Below, one piece after another: positions 13,179 through 26,990 of a DNA stretch of 64,000 bases. The DNA comes from Eledone cirrhosa. Its lineage: Eukaryota. Each line of letters starts with the position of its first letter. Position 1 is the first letter of the stretch. Made by a program: the position numbers and the translations under genes. The stretch lies in the NCBI GenBank assembly GCA_964016885.1, contig OZ024742.1, forward strand, positions 147,250,001 to 147,314,000, written 5' to 3'. The notes below the pieces were generated by a model, which was not told the origin of the DNA, ran no database searches, and worked only from the letters and a program-made list of their open reading frames with translations.

Positions 13179-13217
13179 CATATATATGTATATATATATA
13201 TGTATATATATATACGG

Positions 13218-13250
<33 letters not shown>

Positions 13251-13253
13251 CGG

Positions 13254-13284
<31 letters not shown>

Positions 13285-13287
13285 CGG

Positions 13288-13333
<46 letters not shown>

Positions 13334-13519
13334 ACATATATATACATATATATATACATATATATATACATATATATATATACATATATATATACATATA
13401 TATACATATATATACATATATATATATATACATATATATATACATATATATATACATATACATATATATATACATATATATATATATATACTGTACATAT
13501 ATATATATATATATATATA

Positions 13520-13693
13520 TGTACACTGTAAATGTGGTTGGTGTTAGGAAGGGCATCCAACTGTAGAAAACCCGCCAGACAGTCCTATGCGAGCAAGACA
13601 ACCACTCTTGCCTCAAGTGGGAAAACCCCCGTCCAAACCCATGCAAGCGTGGAACACGGACGCTAAACCTGATGATGATGATGATGATGATGA
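13520..13693 (+). mobile_element. RTE LINE 3' terminal fragment
   Basis: Nearly identical to 47250-47417. Confidence 0.85.
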
Positions 13694-13705
13694 TATATAC
13701 TGTAC

Positions 13706-13810
<105 letters not shown>

Positions 13811-14142
13811 TGGAGGCACATGGCTTAGTGGTTAGAGCATTGGCCTTACAATCGAAAGGTTGTGAGTTCAATTCTCAGACCAGGTGATGTGTTGTTTCCT
13901 TGAGCAAGACACTTTATTTCACATTGCTCAAGTTTACGCAGCTGTAGAAATGAGATGATAGGGACTGGGGTCCCTATCATTCCACTGTAAAGTGGTCGTG
14001 TAGGCGCCACGGAAAAAAAGCACCACACTCACTGTAAATGAGGTTGGTGTTAGGAAGGGCATCCAGCTGTAGAAATCAAGCCAGAATCAGTTCCCGTCCT
14101 ACCCTTGCAAGCAGGGAAAAGCGGACGTAAAATGATGATGAT
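13811..14142 (+). mobile_element. tRNA-derived SINE with an RTE-like 3' tail
   Basis: A box tggcttagtgg, B box gagttcaattc, central ccttgagcaagacact, tail shared with the RTE 3' UTR, (TGA)n. Confidence 0.85.
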
Positions 14143-14172
14143 GATATATATATACATATATATATATCCATA

Positions 14173-14238
<66 letters not shown>

Positions 14239-14321
14239 CATATATATACATATATATACATATATATATATATACATATATATACATATATATACATATA
14301 TATATACATATATATATATAC

Positions 14322-14380
<59 letters not shown>

Positions 14381-14391
14381 CATATATATAC

Positions 14392-14446
<55 letters not shown>

Positions 14447-14528
14447 CATATATATACATACATATATATATATACATATATATACATACATATATATATA
14501 TACATATATATACATATATATACATACA

Positions 14529-14588
<60 letters not shown>

Positions 14589-14743
14589 CATATATATACA
14601 TACATATATACATATATATATATATACATATATATATACATATATATATATATACATATACATATATATATATACATATATATATACATATATATATATA
14701 TACATATACATATATATATACATATATATATATATACATATAG

Positions 14744-14790
<47 letters not shown>

Positions 14791-14831
14791 CATATACATA
14801 TATATATACATATATATATATATACATATAG

Positions 14832-14948
<117 letters not shown>

Positions 14949-14966
14949 CATATATATATATACATA

Positions 14967-15566
14967 TGGTGGCTGCCAACTCGTTTTCGAGTACGGCCAC
15001 TACTTTATATCCATGTAGGAGAACCCCTACCGATGCGCTGAATGAGTGTGGCTTTTTAGTCCAGCCAGCGACTTGAAAACTCTGGTACAAACACTACACT
15101 TGTGACAATTATTGACACATAGTGCTGGGCCATGTGACGACAAGTGCAGAGAGATCTCCAGATATAAAGCAATGCCTGTGCCATGAAGCTTTTATAGTGA
15201 GCAAAGGCACTGCACAACGCCAGTCCCACTCTCTTAACCAAGATGATAGTTACCAAAAAGAAGAACAAGTCAACATCATTGGATACCATCAGGGTTGCAG
15301 GTGTTATATCAGAGTTTTCCTTCTCCTAGAATTCTGCCTTGACAATGGCTAAGGGGTCATCTCTCCCGGTGATTTTGGATGGCCATTGACTCTTAAGAGC
15401 TCCATTGCCCTTTGACAGGTTTTGTTTTTAGTCCTGCAGGATGTCTAAAGTCACCCTCCTCACCAAGAAACCTTGGTGGGGTGGCCAGTTTAGTCGCCAA
15501 CGACCCGACCATCGGACAGGTTGTACTGGGATACATGTTACCAGTAGCACCAACTGGTGACCTGAC
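14967..15566. repeat. Interspersed repeat related to 561-1070
   Basis: Shared termini and internal blocks; inserted in (TA/TACA)n. Confidence 0.7.
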
Positions 15567-15574
15567 ATATATAC

Positions 15575-15607
<33 letters not shown>

Positions 15608-15666
15608 CATATATATATATACATATATATATATACATATATATATATATACATATATATATATAC

Positions 15667-15698
<32 letters not shown>

Positions 15699-15760
15699 GA
15701 AAGACGTAAAATAAGAAAATTTTAAAAATTAAAAATTAACTTACTAAAATTTTCACTCCA

Positions 15761-15835
15761 TCTCATTAGTTTCTGTAAGGGAATAAATATAGTTACGTAA
15801 CGCAACTATAGAGAAGTCCTTACGTCATCAGGGAG
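15761..15835 (-). ncRNA. Decayed hammerhead with extended stem II
   Basis: CUGAUGA-C-GUAAGG...CCUUAC-A-GAAAC-UA-AUG; cleavage triplet and stem I degenerate. Confidence 0.45.
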
Positions 15836-16244
15836 TCTATTCTCAGCTAAGTTCCCAGGCAATGTGCGGACACTAGGAACCCATATAAAAATAATAATTC
15901 AGTGGATGGAATTAAGCTAGCGGGGACTAAATTCCATGGCACTGAAAATATTCACTGCCTACTTGGTCAGTGGCAAATTCTAAAGAATCAATCACGTGAC
16001 ACTGAGGTTAATCAGTGAGGAGTGGGGTGGTATTATGACAAGAGCCTAACTACTACCATGAACCATAGCAGTAACATGTACGGCAACACTCATCTTTTTC
16101 CATTTCTCCGAGGGTTATAAACCCCACTATCAGGCTAGAAATTTCTTTAGTCTAAAATACGGTGAAAGCTTATAATTTCTAATTTCAAACTCGCGCACAG
16201 TTTCAAAAACATACTTGCATGTTTACGTTTATAATTTACTTGTT

Positions 16245-16422
16245 TATCATTATAATAAATGTTCGGTAAATCCATACGTACATATATATATGTGTGCATG
16301 TATGTATATATATACATACTACTGTACGTCTGTATACATATATGTATGTACGTATACATTCTTATATTTAAGTAACAGCCGTACTAAGAGTGAGAAATGA
16401 AATTTTGTTTCATTTTTTCCAT
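16245..16422 (+). repeat. pLTR-like repeat end, reverse-complement homolog of 35660-35845
   Basis: cttatatttaagtaacagccgtactaagagtgagaaatgaaattttgtttcattttttccat is shared. Confidence 0.8.
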
Positions 16423-16432
16423 ATATATATAT

Positions 16433-16476
<44 letters not shown>

Positions 16477-16477
16477 A

Positions 16478-17790
16478 GGTTTACAACTACCGGGGGATCT
16501 CACTGACGTCACTTGTGGCAAAGACCCTCAACAGGATGATTCTTAACAGGATCCAGCCTGAGATGGAGAAGAAGCTCAGGGACAACCAGAACGGCTTCAG
16601 AGAGGGTAGATCAACCACCAGTCACATCCTGATGCTGAGGAGGATATTAGAGGGAGCTAGAGCAAAGTGCCTTCCTGCGGTCATGGTTTTCATTGACTTT
16701 AGGAAGGCCTTTGATTCTGTGGACCGTTACTGCCTGATGAAGATCTTACAGGCTTATGGAATCCCCAAGAGGATAGTGGACCTGATATCACTGCTCTACA
16801 CCAACACCAAAGCCCAAGTCATTACACCTGATGGGATGACAGAGTTCTTTGAGATACTGGCTGGAGTGCTCCAGGGAGATACATTGGCTCCCTACCTTTT
16901 TATCATCGTAGTGGACTATTGTATGCGCCTTGCACTGGAGAAACACCAGGACACTGGCTTTACTGTAGCACCGGCTCAGAGCAGGAGAGTTGGGGCGAAA
17001 AAGGTATCGGATGCTGAATTTGCCGACGACATAGTTTTGGTGACAAATACAGTGAAGGAGGCAGAGGATTTGATGCGGGAGGTTGAGACTGTGTCGATGA
17101 GTGTGGGGCTGAGAATGAATGAGACTAAAACAAAATATCTGGTAGAGAATGTTGAGAAGCCAGAGGGGATCACTAATGTAGGCGGGAAGCCGCTGGAATT
17201 GGTTGAGGACTTCCTGTATTTGGGAGCAAAGATTGGGAATACGGAGGATGATGTGGTTGAGAGGAAGAGCAAGGCCTGGGCGGCGTGTCACAGCTTGAGA
17301 TCGGTGTGGAAGTCGGACCTTCGTAGAGACCTGAAAATCCGCCTCTTCATTGCTGTAGTGGAGTCTGTGCTGCTGTATGGGTCTGAGACTTGGACACTGA
17401 CCAAGAGACTCACTCAGATGGTGGATGGGTGCTACACGAGAATGCTGAGGATGGCTCTGAACATTAATCAGTATACACTGAGGATGAACAACTCAGAGCT
17501 GTATGGGAGCATCCCAAAAGTCAGCTCAAAAGTGACACAGAGGAGACTGAGGTTGGCTGGACATGCTCACCGACATCCAGAGTTGACATTGCACTCAGTG
17601 CTCCTTTGGGAGCCCCTACATGGACACACTAGAAGAGGAAGACCAAGGTTAACATATGTTGATGCCCTAAGGACAGACACTGGTCTGTTGGAGATGCAGG
17701 ATATGGCAGCGATAATGAGGGACAGAGACCGCTGGAGAGAACTCGTCCATGGATCTCGGGAATTTTACCCATCTTAGATAGATAGATATA
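16478..17790 (+). mobile_element. RTE-clade LINE, 5'-truncated, with an uninterrupted RT ORF (420 aa, 16515-17777)
   Basis: NYRGISL, QNGFREGRST, FIDFRKAFDSV, GVLQGDTLAPYLF, FADD, FLYLG, LLYGSETW, RGRP; (TAGA)n tail. Confidence 0.95.
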
Positions 17791-17928
17791 TATATATATA
17801 TATATATATATTAATAAGAGGAATTCCAACTTTGTCTGATTTACTCGTTTTATTTACAATCCTTTAAAATATATATAATGGTATTATAATGAAATAGTAT
17901 GATAGAATATTAAATTCTAAGTGTTAAT

Positions 17929-17967
17929 TGAACAAGTACTTTCATGCTTTCGCAATCTTCAGGTTCA
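17929..17967 (-). ncRNA. Minimal type I hammerhead ribozyme (left arm of the palindrome)
   Basis: UGAAC-CUGAAGA-U-UGC-GAAA-GCA-U-GAAA-GUAC-UU-GUUCA. Confidence 0.8.
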
Positions 17968-18040
17968 TGATATGTGGTGACAGTCGAGTTTGCAATTTTC
18001 AACTGTGGAAAATTGCAAACTCGACTGTCACCACATATCA

Positions 18041-18079
18041 TGAACCTGAAGATTGCGAAAGCATGAAAGTACTTGTTCA
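18041..18079 (+). ncRNA. Minimal type I hammerhead ribozyme (right arm of the palindrome)
   Basis: UGAAC-CUGAAGA-U-UGC-GAAA-GCA-U-GAAA-GUAC-UU-GUUCA; predicted CUU cleavage triplet. Confidence 0.8.
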
Positions 18080-18286
18080 ATTAACACTTAGAATTTAATA
18101 TTCTATCATAGTATTTCATTATAATACCATTATATATATTTTAAAGGATTGTAAATAAAACGAGTAAATCAGACAAAGTTGGAATTCCTCTTATTAATAT
18201 AATCTTCTATACACAATCATACACACCCGTGTATATTTACCTATCTATATCTATATATATATATATATATATACATATACGTGTTT

Positions 18287-18496
18287 TGCAACGGGTCACT
18301 TTGTGGCTCAATGAAAAGTTAATAAATTAAATAATCAGAGCTATATATCATAAAACATGTCTATAGAATCACCAGATAATATATATTTTATCTGGTATAT
18401 ATTTTATCTGGTGATTCTATAGACATGTTTTATGATATATAGCTCTGATTATTTAATTTATTAACTTTTCATTGAGCCACAAAGTGACCCGTTGCA
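18287..18496. repeat. Palindrome with arms of about 93 bp
   Basis: 18287-18379 is the reverse complement of 18404-18496; part recurs directly at 19282-19330. Confidence 0.95.
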
Positions 18497-18518
18497 CACG
18501 TATATGTATATATATATG

Positions 18519-18565
<47 letters not shown>

Positions 18566-18578
18566 GTATATATATATG

Positions 18579-18751
<173 letters not shown>

Positions 18752-18978
18752 CTATATATATATATATATATGTAAACCTTTATATGTAATAATCTCCCGT
18801 TAGGTTGAGATACAAATTTGGCTGTATTGTGCTGTGCTTTCTAGCAAAAAGCCACCAGCCGTAAGCAACTAACCACACTCCTTCCAACCTGACCGCTGTT
18901 ACATCACGATTCTTAGCCATTTTTTAATGTATTCTTGGCGCGATCACTTTGGAAAATTTATTGTCTAGATTTGAGCAA

Positions 18979-19053
18979 ACTCCTGAAGAGTCCGGTGCTC
19001 GAGTTTCCGAAGTTATCGGAAATCTTAAAATGCATACGAAACCATGGTCGGGT
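18979..19053 (+). ncRNA. Type I hammerhead ribozyme with extended stem II
   Basis: ACUC-CUGAAGA-GU...AC-GAAAC-CAUG-GUC-GGGU followed by AAAUAAA. Confidence 0.8.
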
Positions 19054-19323
19054 AAATAAATGTATTCTCTTTTCTCCTAGTTTATTTTACACCTAATTCT
19101 GTTTAATTGACTGTATATCTGGGCGATTACGCTGTCGAAATATTCGATAAATATTCCGTCGTAGCCAGCATGAAGGGCTGGTTTCGGTTATTTGTTGGAG
19201 ATTTCTTCATAGAAGCCTTATTCTTATAGCCTGGTCTATTCAATTTTTTATATGGTTAATTATGCTAATTGGGAGAGGAAATGGTATATATTTTATCTGG
19301 TGATTCTATAGACATGTTTTATG

Positions 19324-19411
<88 letters not shown>

Positions 19412-21983
19412 AAAAGGTAAACAGAAATAACAACACAATTGGTACAGTATATGGAAGGGATATATTAGCTTAACGCTTGATATAGCAGGAAGAGGGTCTA
19501 TATATATATATATATATACACATATATATCAATATCATTATCATCATCATCATCATCATCCTTTTCTCATCATTTTCATCATTTTTACATCCCTTTTCCA
19601 TATAGGCATGGGTTGTATGAATTGTAACAGTTCAAGACCTGTTTTTGCTCATTATGTTTCATAATTGACATGGTTTCTATAGCTGGATGCCCTTCCTAAC
19701 ATCAATATATAATACGTAATATAATTTATACCAGCATGAAAAGCAGACATAAAAGGATGATGATGAATCAGAATATATTTAATGAAGAGAAAGCTTTTAG
19801 TACCACCCAGATATTCTATCAATAAAACTTCCATATTATGTCAGTTGTAAATATTGATTTGGTCAGATGTTTAAACTGGTAACTAAAATTTCATTTGTTT
19901 ATTTGATATATCTATAATAAATAAAAATCTATGCTGTCAAGTCATGACTGCTCATCATCCTGTAGATGATGTATGACACAGGATTTTCTGGAAAAGAAGG
20001 ATAATACATTGTATTAATTTTATGTTATTTCTTCTGAGTAGATACTCAAGATCTGATTCTATTGATTTGTAACCTAGGCACAATACCTCACATTTTATCA
20101 TCATCATCATCCTCATCATCATGTTTTAATGTCTACTTTCCTTGCTAGCAAGGGTTGGATGAGTCTACACAGACCTAGTCAGTACTAAAGTGAGGCTACT
20201 GACCTCAATCCTAGGCTGGCCTGGGATCTGCATCTCATTTAGGTACAGTCTCACAGGAGAGGTTGTCATATCTTTAACATGATTGAAGGTTCTTTCCAAA
20301 CCTGTAGTTAAAAAAGGTTAAAGTTTGTCCCAAGCCCAAAACCTCACCAGGCTGAAGATTATCTTGGTTTCATTGGTGTTTAACCCTTTAGCATTTAAAC
20401 CGGACTTATTCAGCCAGAATTCTCTCACCTCTTTCTGTTCAAACTGGCCATAACTGGCCACTCATACTGATATTAAGGTATTGTTTTCAAAATAAATAAT
20501 ATCAAAATCTCATAGATTCGATATTGTGTGAGATAATTATGTGAATATACCATGAAAATACACTAGTAAATATATACGTAATGTAAATGCTAAAGGGTAA
20601 GCAACTGAGAGTACAAGACTTCTTCCTGAACATGACACCAGCCTTTTGCAGAGTTAAGCCCCAGCTGCCCCACTGGTACTCATCTTCAACTGGTCCGTGA
20701 ATTGAACTCATAGCATTATGATCCTAATCCCAACCCTCTAATCACTAGGCAATGCACCAGATTTGTAGGGTGGGAAATATTAGATTATATTGATACCAGC
20801 ACCAGTACCAGATTTACATATGAACTAAGTGGGTTGCAGCACAAGGCTTCATAGTCCTTGATAAATTATATACATATACACATCATCATCATCATCATCA
20901 TCATCATCAAGCAAATGAAGAGTAGGGGGTGGTGAAGGAGGAGAAGAAGAAGAAGAAGAAGTTTACGTTATAGACTGACTATGAAGGATTGATGCTAGAA
21001 CTGAAATCTTGCATGCATTAATTTCAACTCTTATTAATAACTGCATTGTTTCTTTCCAGGGACTCTGTTAAAAAACAAACCTCATTTGATCATTCCATGA
21101 GAGTATCTTGGTCAACATATGAACTTTTCACTTGACCCTTGTATGTATGTGCATATGTATGTATATGTATGTGTTCATAACTGTGTTTATGTTTGTGTTT
21201 GTGTCTGGGTATATTTCTCATAACTTAGCAGTTCGACAAAAAAAGACTGATAAATTAAGTACCAATAAAAAAAATTAAAAACAAGTATGAGGGTCGATAT
21301 GAATGACTAAATCCCTTTAATCCAGTATGGCTGCAGTCAAATGACTGAAACCAGGAAAATAATAAAAGAATGCATTAAAAAATCTATAGATTTTCAAGAG
21401 AACATAGTATTATTATTATCTGGTTTGATGTCCTAATAGTTATTTCATCAATAACTGTTAAATAACAATGGTGAATGATGACTTGGAAAGACAAGTTTGA
21501 GAATGAAATAAAGCAAGCTTTGAAGTTAGCTGAGAAGTTAAGACTGAATGATAAACAGATACAAAATATAGATTGTTTTTAAACATATCGGGACATCTTT
21601 TGATAGACAGGAAGACCTTTGTTTCTCTCAAACACCAGCCATCCTACTATTGTGTAGGAATGTGTAAGCATGTGTATGTGTGTGTGTAATAGGTTTTCCC
21701 ATACAACTATAAGCATGCACGCACATCATCATCATCATCATCATTTTTGCATCCATTTTTCCACGCTTGCATGGATTGATTTACATAGATATATGTATGT
21801 ATATATATATATATATATAAACGTTTGAATATGTGTAATAAGGCCAAAACAATGCAATCAATATCTTTTACCATTGCATTCTTTTTTCTATGTCCATACC
21901 TGCATTGTTTTGGCCTTATTACACATATTCAAACGTTTATACCTCATTACACAATGCTTCAAGTGAACTATAACCTCCTCCTC

Positions 21984-22022
<39 letters not shown>

Positions 22023-22429
22023 GCCATTTATTCTTGGCTTCTGATGCAGTAACCTATATCTTTAGTGCAGCATCCAGGATGTGGAAAGGAGTAAAACTGT
22101 GATGTCTTAAATGAAATATCTTACTTCTTATCCTGGACAATCCAACTAGCTTCAAAATAGAGGGGATACTTAGGACAACAATCTATGTGGCTGGTAGCTC
22201 TCCTGATCTATAAGTAATCAAGTGATTGTCACTTGTAGGAGTCATAGCAAAAAGCACCCAGCATACACTGTAAATGTGGTTGGTGTTAGGAAGGGCATCC
22301 AGGTGTAGAAATCTAGCCAGAAACAGTTCTGTATGAGCAGGATATGGTCAATTGACTGAACTTGCCTCAAATAGGACAACCCGTCTAACCCATGCTAGCA
22401 TGGAAGGTGGGCGTTAAACGACGATGATG

Positions 22430-22515
<86 letters not shown>

Positions 22516-22643
22516 TATATGTATACACATACATATGTGTGTGTGTGTGTGTATGTGCAAAAAGTAAACAGAAATAATAAATCAAATGACCCAGTACAAT
22601 GAAGAAATATATTAGTTTAAGGCTTGAGGTAGTAGGAAAAGAG

Positions 22644-22679
22644 TCTTTATGTTTCGGGCACTAGTCCTTCATCAGAAGA
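22644..22679 (-). ncRNA. Minimal hammerhead in a pLTR-like repeat (family also at 19410-19500 and 50160-50335)
   Basis: UCUU-CUGAUGA-A-GG..CC-GAAAC-AUA-AAGA; stem II weak. Confidence 0.6.
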
Positions 22680-22766
22680 TAGAATGAGAAATAAAAGATG
22701 AAATAGAGTGAGAAGGGATAGGAAGGGAAATTTTTTTTTTTGAGAAATATGTATATATGTATGTAT

Positions 22767-23046
22767 AGACCAAGTGATGTGTTGTTTCCTTGAGCAAGAC
22801 ACTTTATTTCACATTGCTCCAGTTTACTCAGCTGTAGAAATGAGATGATAGGGACTGGGGTCCCTATCATTCCACTGCAAAGTGGTCGTGCAAGTGCCAC
22901 GGCAAAAAAGCACCCAGCACACACTGTAAACGAGGTTGGTGTTAGGAAGGGCATCCAGCTGTAGAAATCAAGCCAGAATCAGTTCCCGTCCCACCCTTGC
23001 AAGCAGGGAAAAAGTGGATGTAAAATGAAATGATGATGATGATGAT
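22767..23046 (+). mobile_element. SINE, 5'-truncated copy of the 13811 family
   Basis: High similarity to 13878-14142 and 62605-62930. Confidence 0.85.
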
Positions 23047-23192
23047 ATATATGAATAGGTAACAAATTGGAATGTTATTAGAACATTGGATTGAATGTTT
23101 TGTGGTATTCGTTCTGCCTCCCTGTCGAGGTCAACTTTACCTTTTATTCTTTTAAGGTAGATAAGAAAAGTACCAGTCCAGTACTGGAGTCA

Positions 23193-23312
<120 letters not shown>

Positions 23313-24669
23313 GAAAGAAATGAGCTGTGTTCAGACCAGGAGAGTGGATTGGCTTCATCAAGTTTGAGGTGCCCAAGAAATGTTATATGTCACTAAGGTG
23401 CCCCTATGACTCCATCAGGAGTTATGGGTCCATACATACATGTATGTATGTATATATGTATGTATGTATGTGTTTATGTGTGCTGCTACATCCACAAGGT
23501 ACTGTGTTTGGCATGTGCATGCTTGTGTGTATGTGTTTTTTTTTGCATGTATGTGTGTCTTTATGTCCTGTTTCTCCTTCAAGTTTTTGTGAATGTGTGT
23601 GTGTGCATGTGCGTGTGTGTGTGTGCACGTGTGTGTATGGGTGTTTGACTTCCACTCTTTTTTATTATTATTCTCTCTCTCAACTGTCACTAGATAGTTA
23701 TTATTCAATTTCTATATTCTGAGGCTGGGCTTATGTTTGTGTATTCCTTTGTATTTATTCTTATATGTTCTTATATTGTCATCAGTCACTAGGTTGTGGG
23801 GTTGTTGCTATTCTTTTGAGGGTGGGTTTCTCTTATATACATGGCTTTTTTAATGTCTGAGCTTTGCATCTGTTCAACATGTAGATATGATTTTAATCCC
23901 AATGTTTTCTAGTGAGCCACCATGTCCCAGTTTACCATGTTTAAAGAGCACTGACATGTGTTGAGGATTGTTAAATATAATTTTTAGTTCGGTGATTTTT
24001 GGTTCCATAAGTATGAGAACTGGGGTCTACTGATTTGTCAGCCCACCATCATGATTAATATATATGGGTTGAATCTCTATCAGTTCCAACAATGATTGTT
24101 CCAGCTGTTTGAACAACAAAAGGGCAAGTGCCTGAATATTCCACAATCATGTGTCCCTTTGATGTAGCAAAGCTGGGTCTCTTTGAATTACAGACATAAC
24201 TTGTTTTTTTCTAGCTGATTGAATTGGAGCAGCATTAAATAAAGTGTCCTGCTCAAGGACACAATGCATCACCTGGAATTTAACTTATGTCCTTTTGATT
24301 ATAAGCTATATACTCTAAGTACTATGTCACATACCTTCAATTCATCTATATAAACTATGATGAAATAACAAAGATCTTTCACACAACCATATTATGCAAT
24401 ATAAATCTGTAAATATCAGTCGAAGAATTGTAAATAATTAAAAATCTACAGATGACATTTAAATCTGGCATCACCTCCTGGGAATGTTAGTAAACAAGGG
24501 TAAATGGAATTAAAGACATATCTCTGGTTTAATACTAAAGATAATTGTCAGTCATTAAACTAATTAGGTTATTAGATATTACACCATTTCTCAAAGCTGC
24601 ACACACACACACACACATAAGCATCCCCCTCTCTCTTTTTCTCTCTCTTTCTCTCTCTCTATGTGTGTG

Positions 24670-25130
24670 TCATCATCATCATCATCATCAACGTTTAACG
24701 TCCGTGTTCCACGCTTGCATGGGTTTGGACGGGGGTATTCCCACTTGAGGCAAGAGTGATTGTCTTGTTCGCATAGGACTGTCTGGCAGGTTTTCTACAG
24801 CTGGATGCCCTTCCTAACACCAACTACATTTACAGTGTGGGTCTGGGAGGTTTTTACCGTGTTGCCTACACGGCCACATTACAGCGTGGACTGTGTGTTT
24901 TTTTGTCGTGACACCTACACGATCTCATTTGTTTCGGCCTGGATGGTGTGGCACCAACATAACTTTACATAGAAGGGGGTGGGGTGGATGGGGTGGGGGT
25001 GGTGGGACGGGGTGTATTTTGTTAGAGATGCCTACTGGCTGTAGTAGGTTTTACTATGTATTTAGGTAAGGCGGGTCTTCTCTATTACTGAGTACCGCCA
25101 AAGGTCTCGGTCCAGTGACATTGTCTTGAT
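24670..25130 (-). mobile_element. RTE LINE 3' end
   Basis: Reverse complement of 48700-49160. Confidence 0.9.
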
Positions 25131-25246
25131 GTATATATATATATTTACATATGTAAATATATATATTTACATATGTGTATATATATTAAATATGTATATA
25201 TATATGTATATATATATATATTAAATATGTATATATATATATTTAC

Positions 25247-25301
<55 letters not shown>

Positions 25302-25739
25302 TATGTAAAAATATATATATATGTACATATATGTATATATGCATATATATATATATATATATAAATATACACATATGTAAATATATATATATATATGTAC
25401 ATATATGTATGTATGCATATATATATATACTTATATCAAATATGTATATATGTGTTTTCCATTGTACCAATGAACTGACGATACTACAAATCAAATGTGG
25501 ATGAATAAAAGAAAGTATATTCACGAAATACAAACCATATCTAAATTGATTATGAATATTAATGAGATAAGATATTGTGATAAAATGGAAAAATGTGAAA
25601 AATTAAAGGATTTCAAGTACATTTTCAACTTCATTTTCTTTTTTCTCTATTATTCAGTATGTAAACTTACAATAGAACAAGTTAATTAACAAATCAAAAC
25701 AATAAATTGAACACAATCTGTTGTATGATGTTTAGCTGC

Positions 25740-26270
25740 TATTGCATAAAGCCACTCTACACAGCAATGTTAAAGTTCTAAAACTGGCAGGCATAGAAAG
25801 ATCTTTTGTCCATACTATTAGAAAGAGGCAATTGGAATTCTTTGGCGACATAAACAGAAGAGACAATAAAGAGAAGCTGATTTGTTTGTGGCAAGATCGC
25901 TGGAAAGAGGAAGGAGACAAGAAAGACAAAGAATGATATTTACAGACAGCCTGAATAAAGACTTCTTCTTCTTTTCTTTGCCCACTTATTCCTGAGAGTG
26001 TCATAGGGCCAGAGTCCTCAAACACTCCCTCCAACGGGTCTTGTCAGAAGCAACTGTCTCCAACTAATCTGGCATGATCCCCAAGTGTGACCAACCAAAT
26101 TCATGGATGTTATCCAACCATCTTGCTCGGGATCTACCCCTGGGTCCCCCACCTGAACAAATACATCAATGAAAATAGGACGAGAAAGAGCCACCTCATC
26201 CGGAACACTAACCACAGGAAGGACTGGAGAGCCGTGATTGCCAATGTCTAGAACAGACCTGGCACCTGAT
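25740..26270 (+). mobile_element. Two degenerate RTE-like LINE 3' fragments
   Basis: SNVKVLKLAGIERSFVHTIRKRQLEFFGDINRR; the second piece resembles the reverse complement of 55975-56100. Confidence 0.55.
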
Positions 26271-26619
26271 TGTGATCCTGTTTTTCTTTTTGCAGTTACC
26301 TTTGTATAAATTCAGTTAAAAATAACACCAGTTACTTTCAAAACTAATGGCTATTACAAAGTTGTGACATTGATTGGAAAATGTAGGTCATCATTAACTT
26401 CTTGTAATCATACATACATAGATATATATATATACATATATACCTATACACACATACATGTACATACATATATGTGTGTGTGTGTGTATTTATATATATT
26501 TGTTTATTCAATGCATGTAGCTTCTTCCAAAACAATCTTTCATGCTAATATCAAATAATTTGAACACATTCAGCAGACTCAAGATAACAGTGTGTAATCT
26601 GATGCACGATATCACCAGA

Positions 26620-26990
26620 CTATGTTGCCATGAAAAGAGATGGCAAAAATTCCATACTGTGCCTACAAGTAAAAATATAGATGTGATATTTCTCAGTTAA
26701 ACATAAATAGCACCATTGTGAACCATTATTGTATAAGGTTGCTTTATCCAAGATAAACAATAGGATATCAGTAAACTCACCCTTATCTTTCTTTTGCCAA
26801 ACATACTTTGATAACAATGTAAGATTTTATACCTTTATAATGGTGTTTCATAAAGTTGTATACAGTGGTATACTAGGCTTTTACACAAGGTTTACTGTTA
26901 CGCCAAGGAAACATATTGCATTGGTGCCTATTACAATTATATTTCTTTAGTTGTATTGGTCAGATACATTATGCAGTTGCTATGTACATA
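26620..26990 (-). pseudogene. Penelope-like GIY-YIG endonuclease remnant
   Basis: LSKYVWQKK...YNNGSQWCYLCLTEKYHI; same type as 60405-60780. Confidence 0.7.

Larger units (their letters stand above)
17807..18201. repeat. Long palindrome with arms of about 194 bp and a 7 bp spacer
   Basis: 17807-18000 is the reverse complement of 18008-18201, with one mismatch seen. Confidence 0.95.

Noticed and set aside
13811-13885. tRNA gene-like sequences (also 28951, 40072, 62540)
   Set aside because: They are SINE heads that continue into SINE bodies, with no complete cloverleaf
16788-17291. Antisense ORFs over retroelements (also 7584-8177 and 48199-48573)
   Set aside because: Shadow frames of the RT/endonuclease coding strands with no independent motifs
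21060-21145. Possible plus-strand exon after tctttccag
   Set aside because: Short frames with stops, weak donor, no recognisable product
23740-23795. CUGAUGA on the minus strand (similar isolated boxes near 11490, 20352 and 33346)
   Set aside because: No stem II, GAAA or closing stem I
26570-26625. Possible hammerhead downstream of the GIY-YIG remnant
   Set aside because: Only a mutated CUGGUGA is visible and the rest cannot be folded
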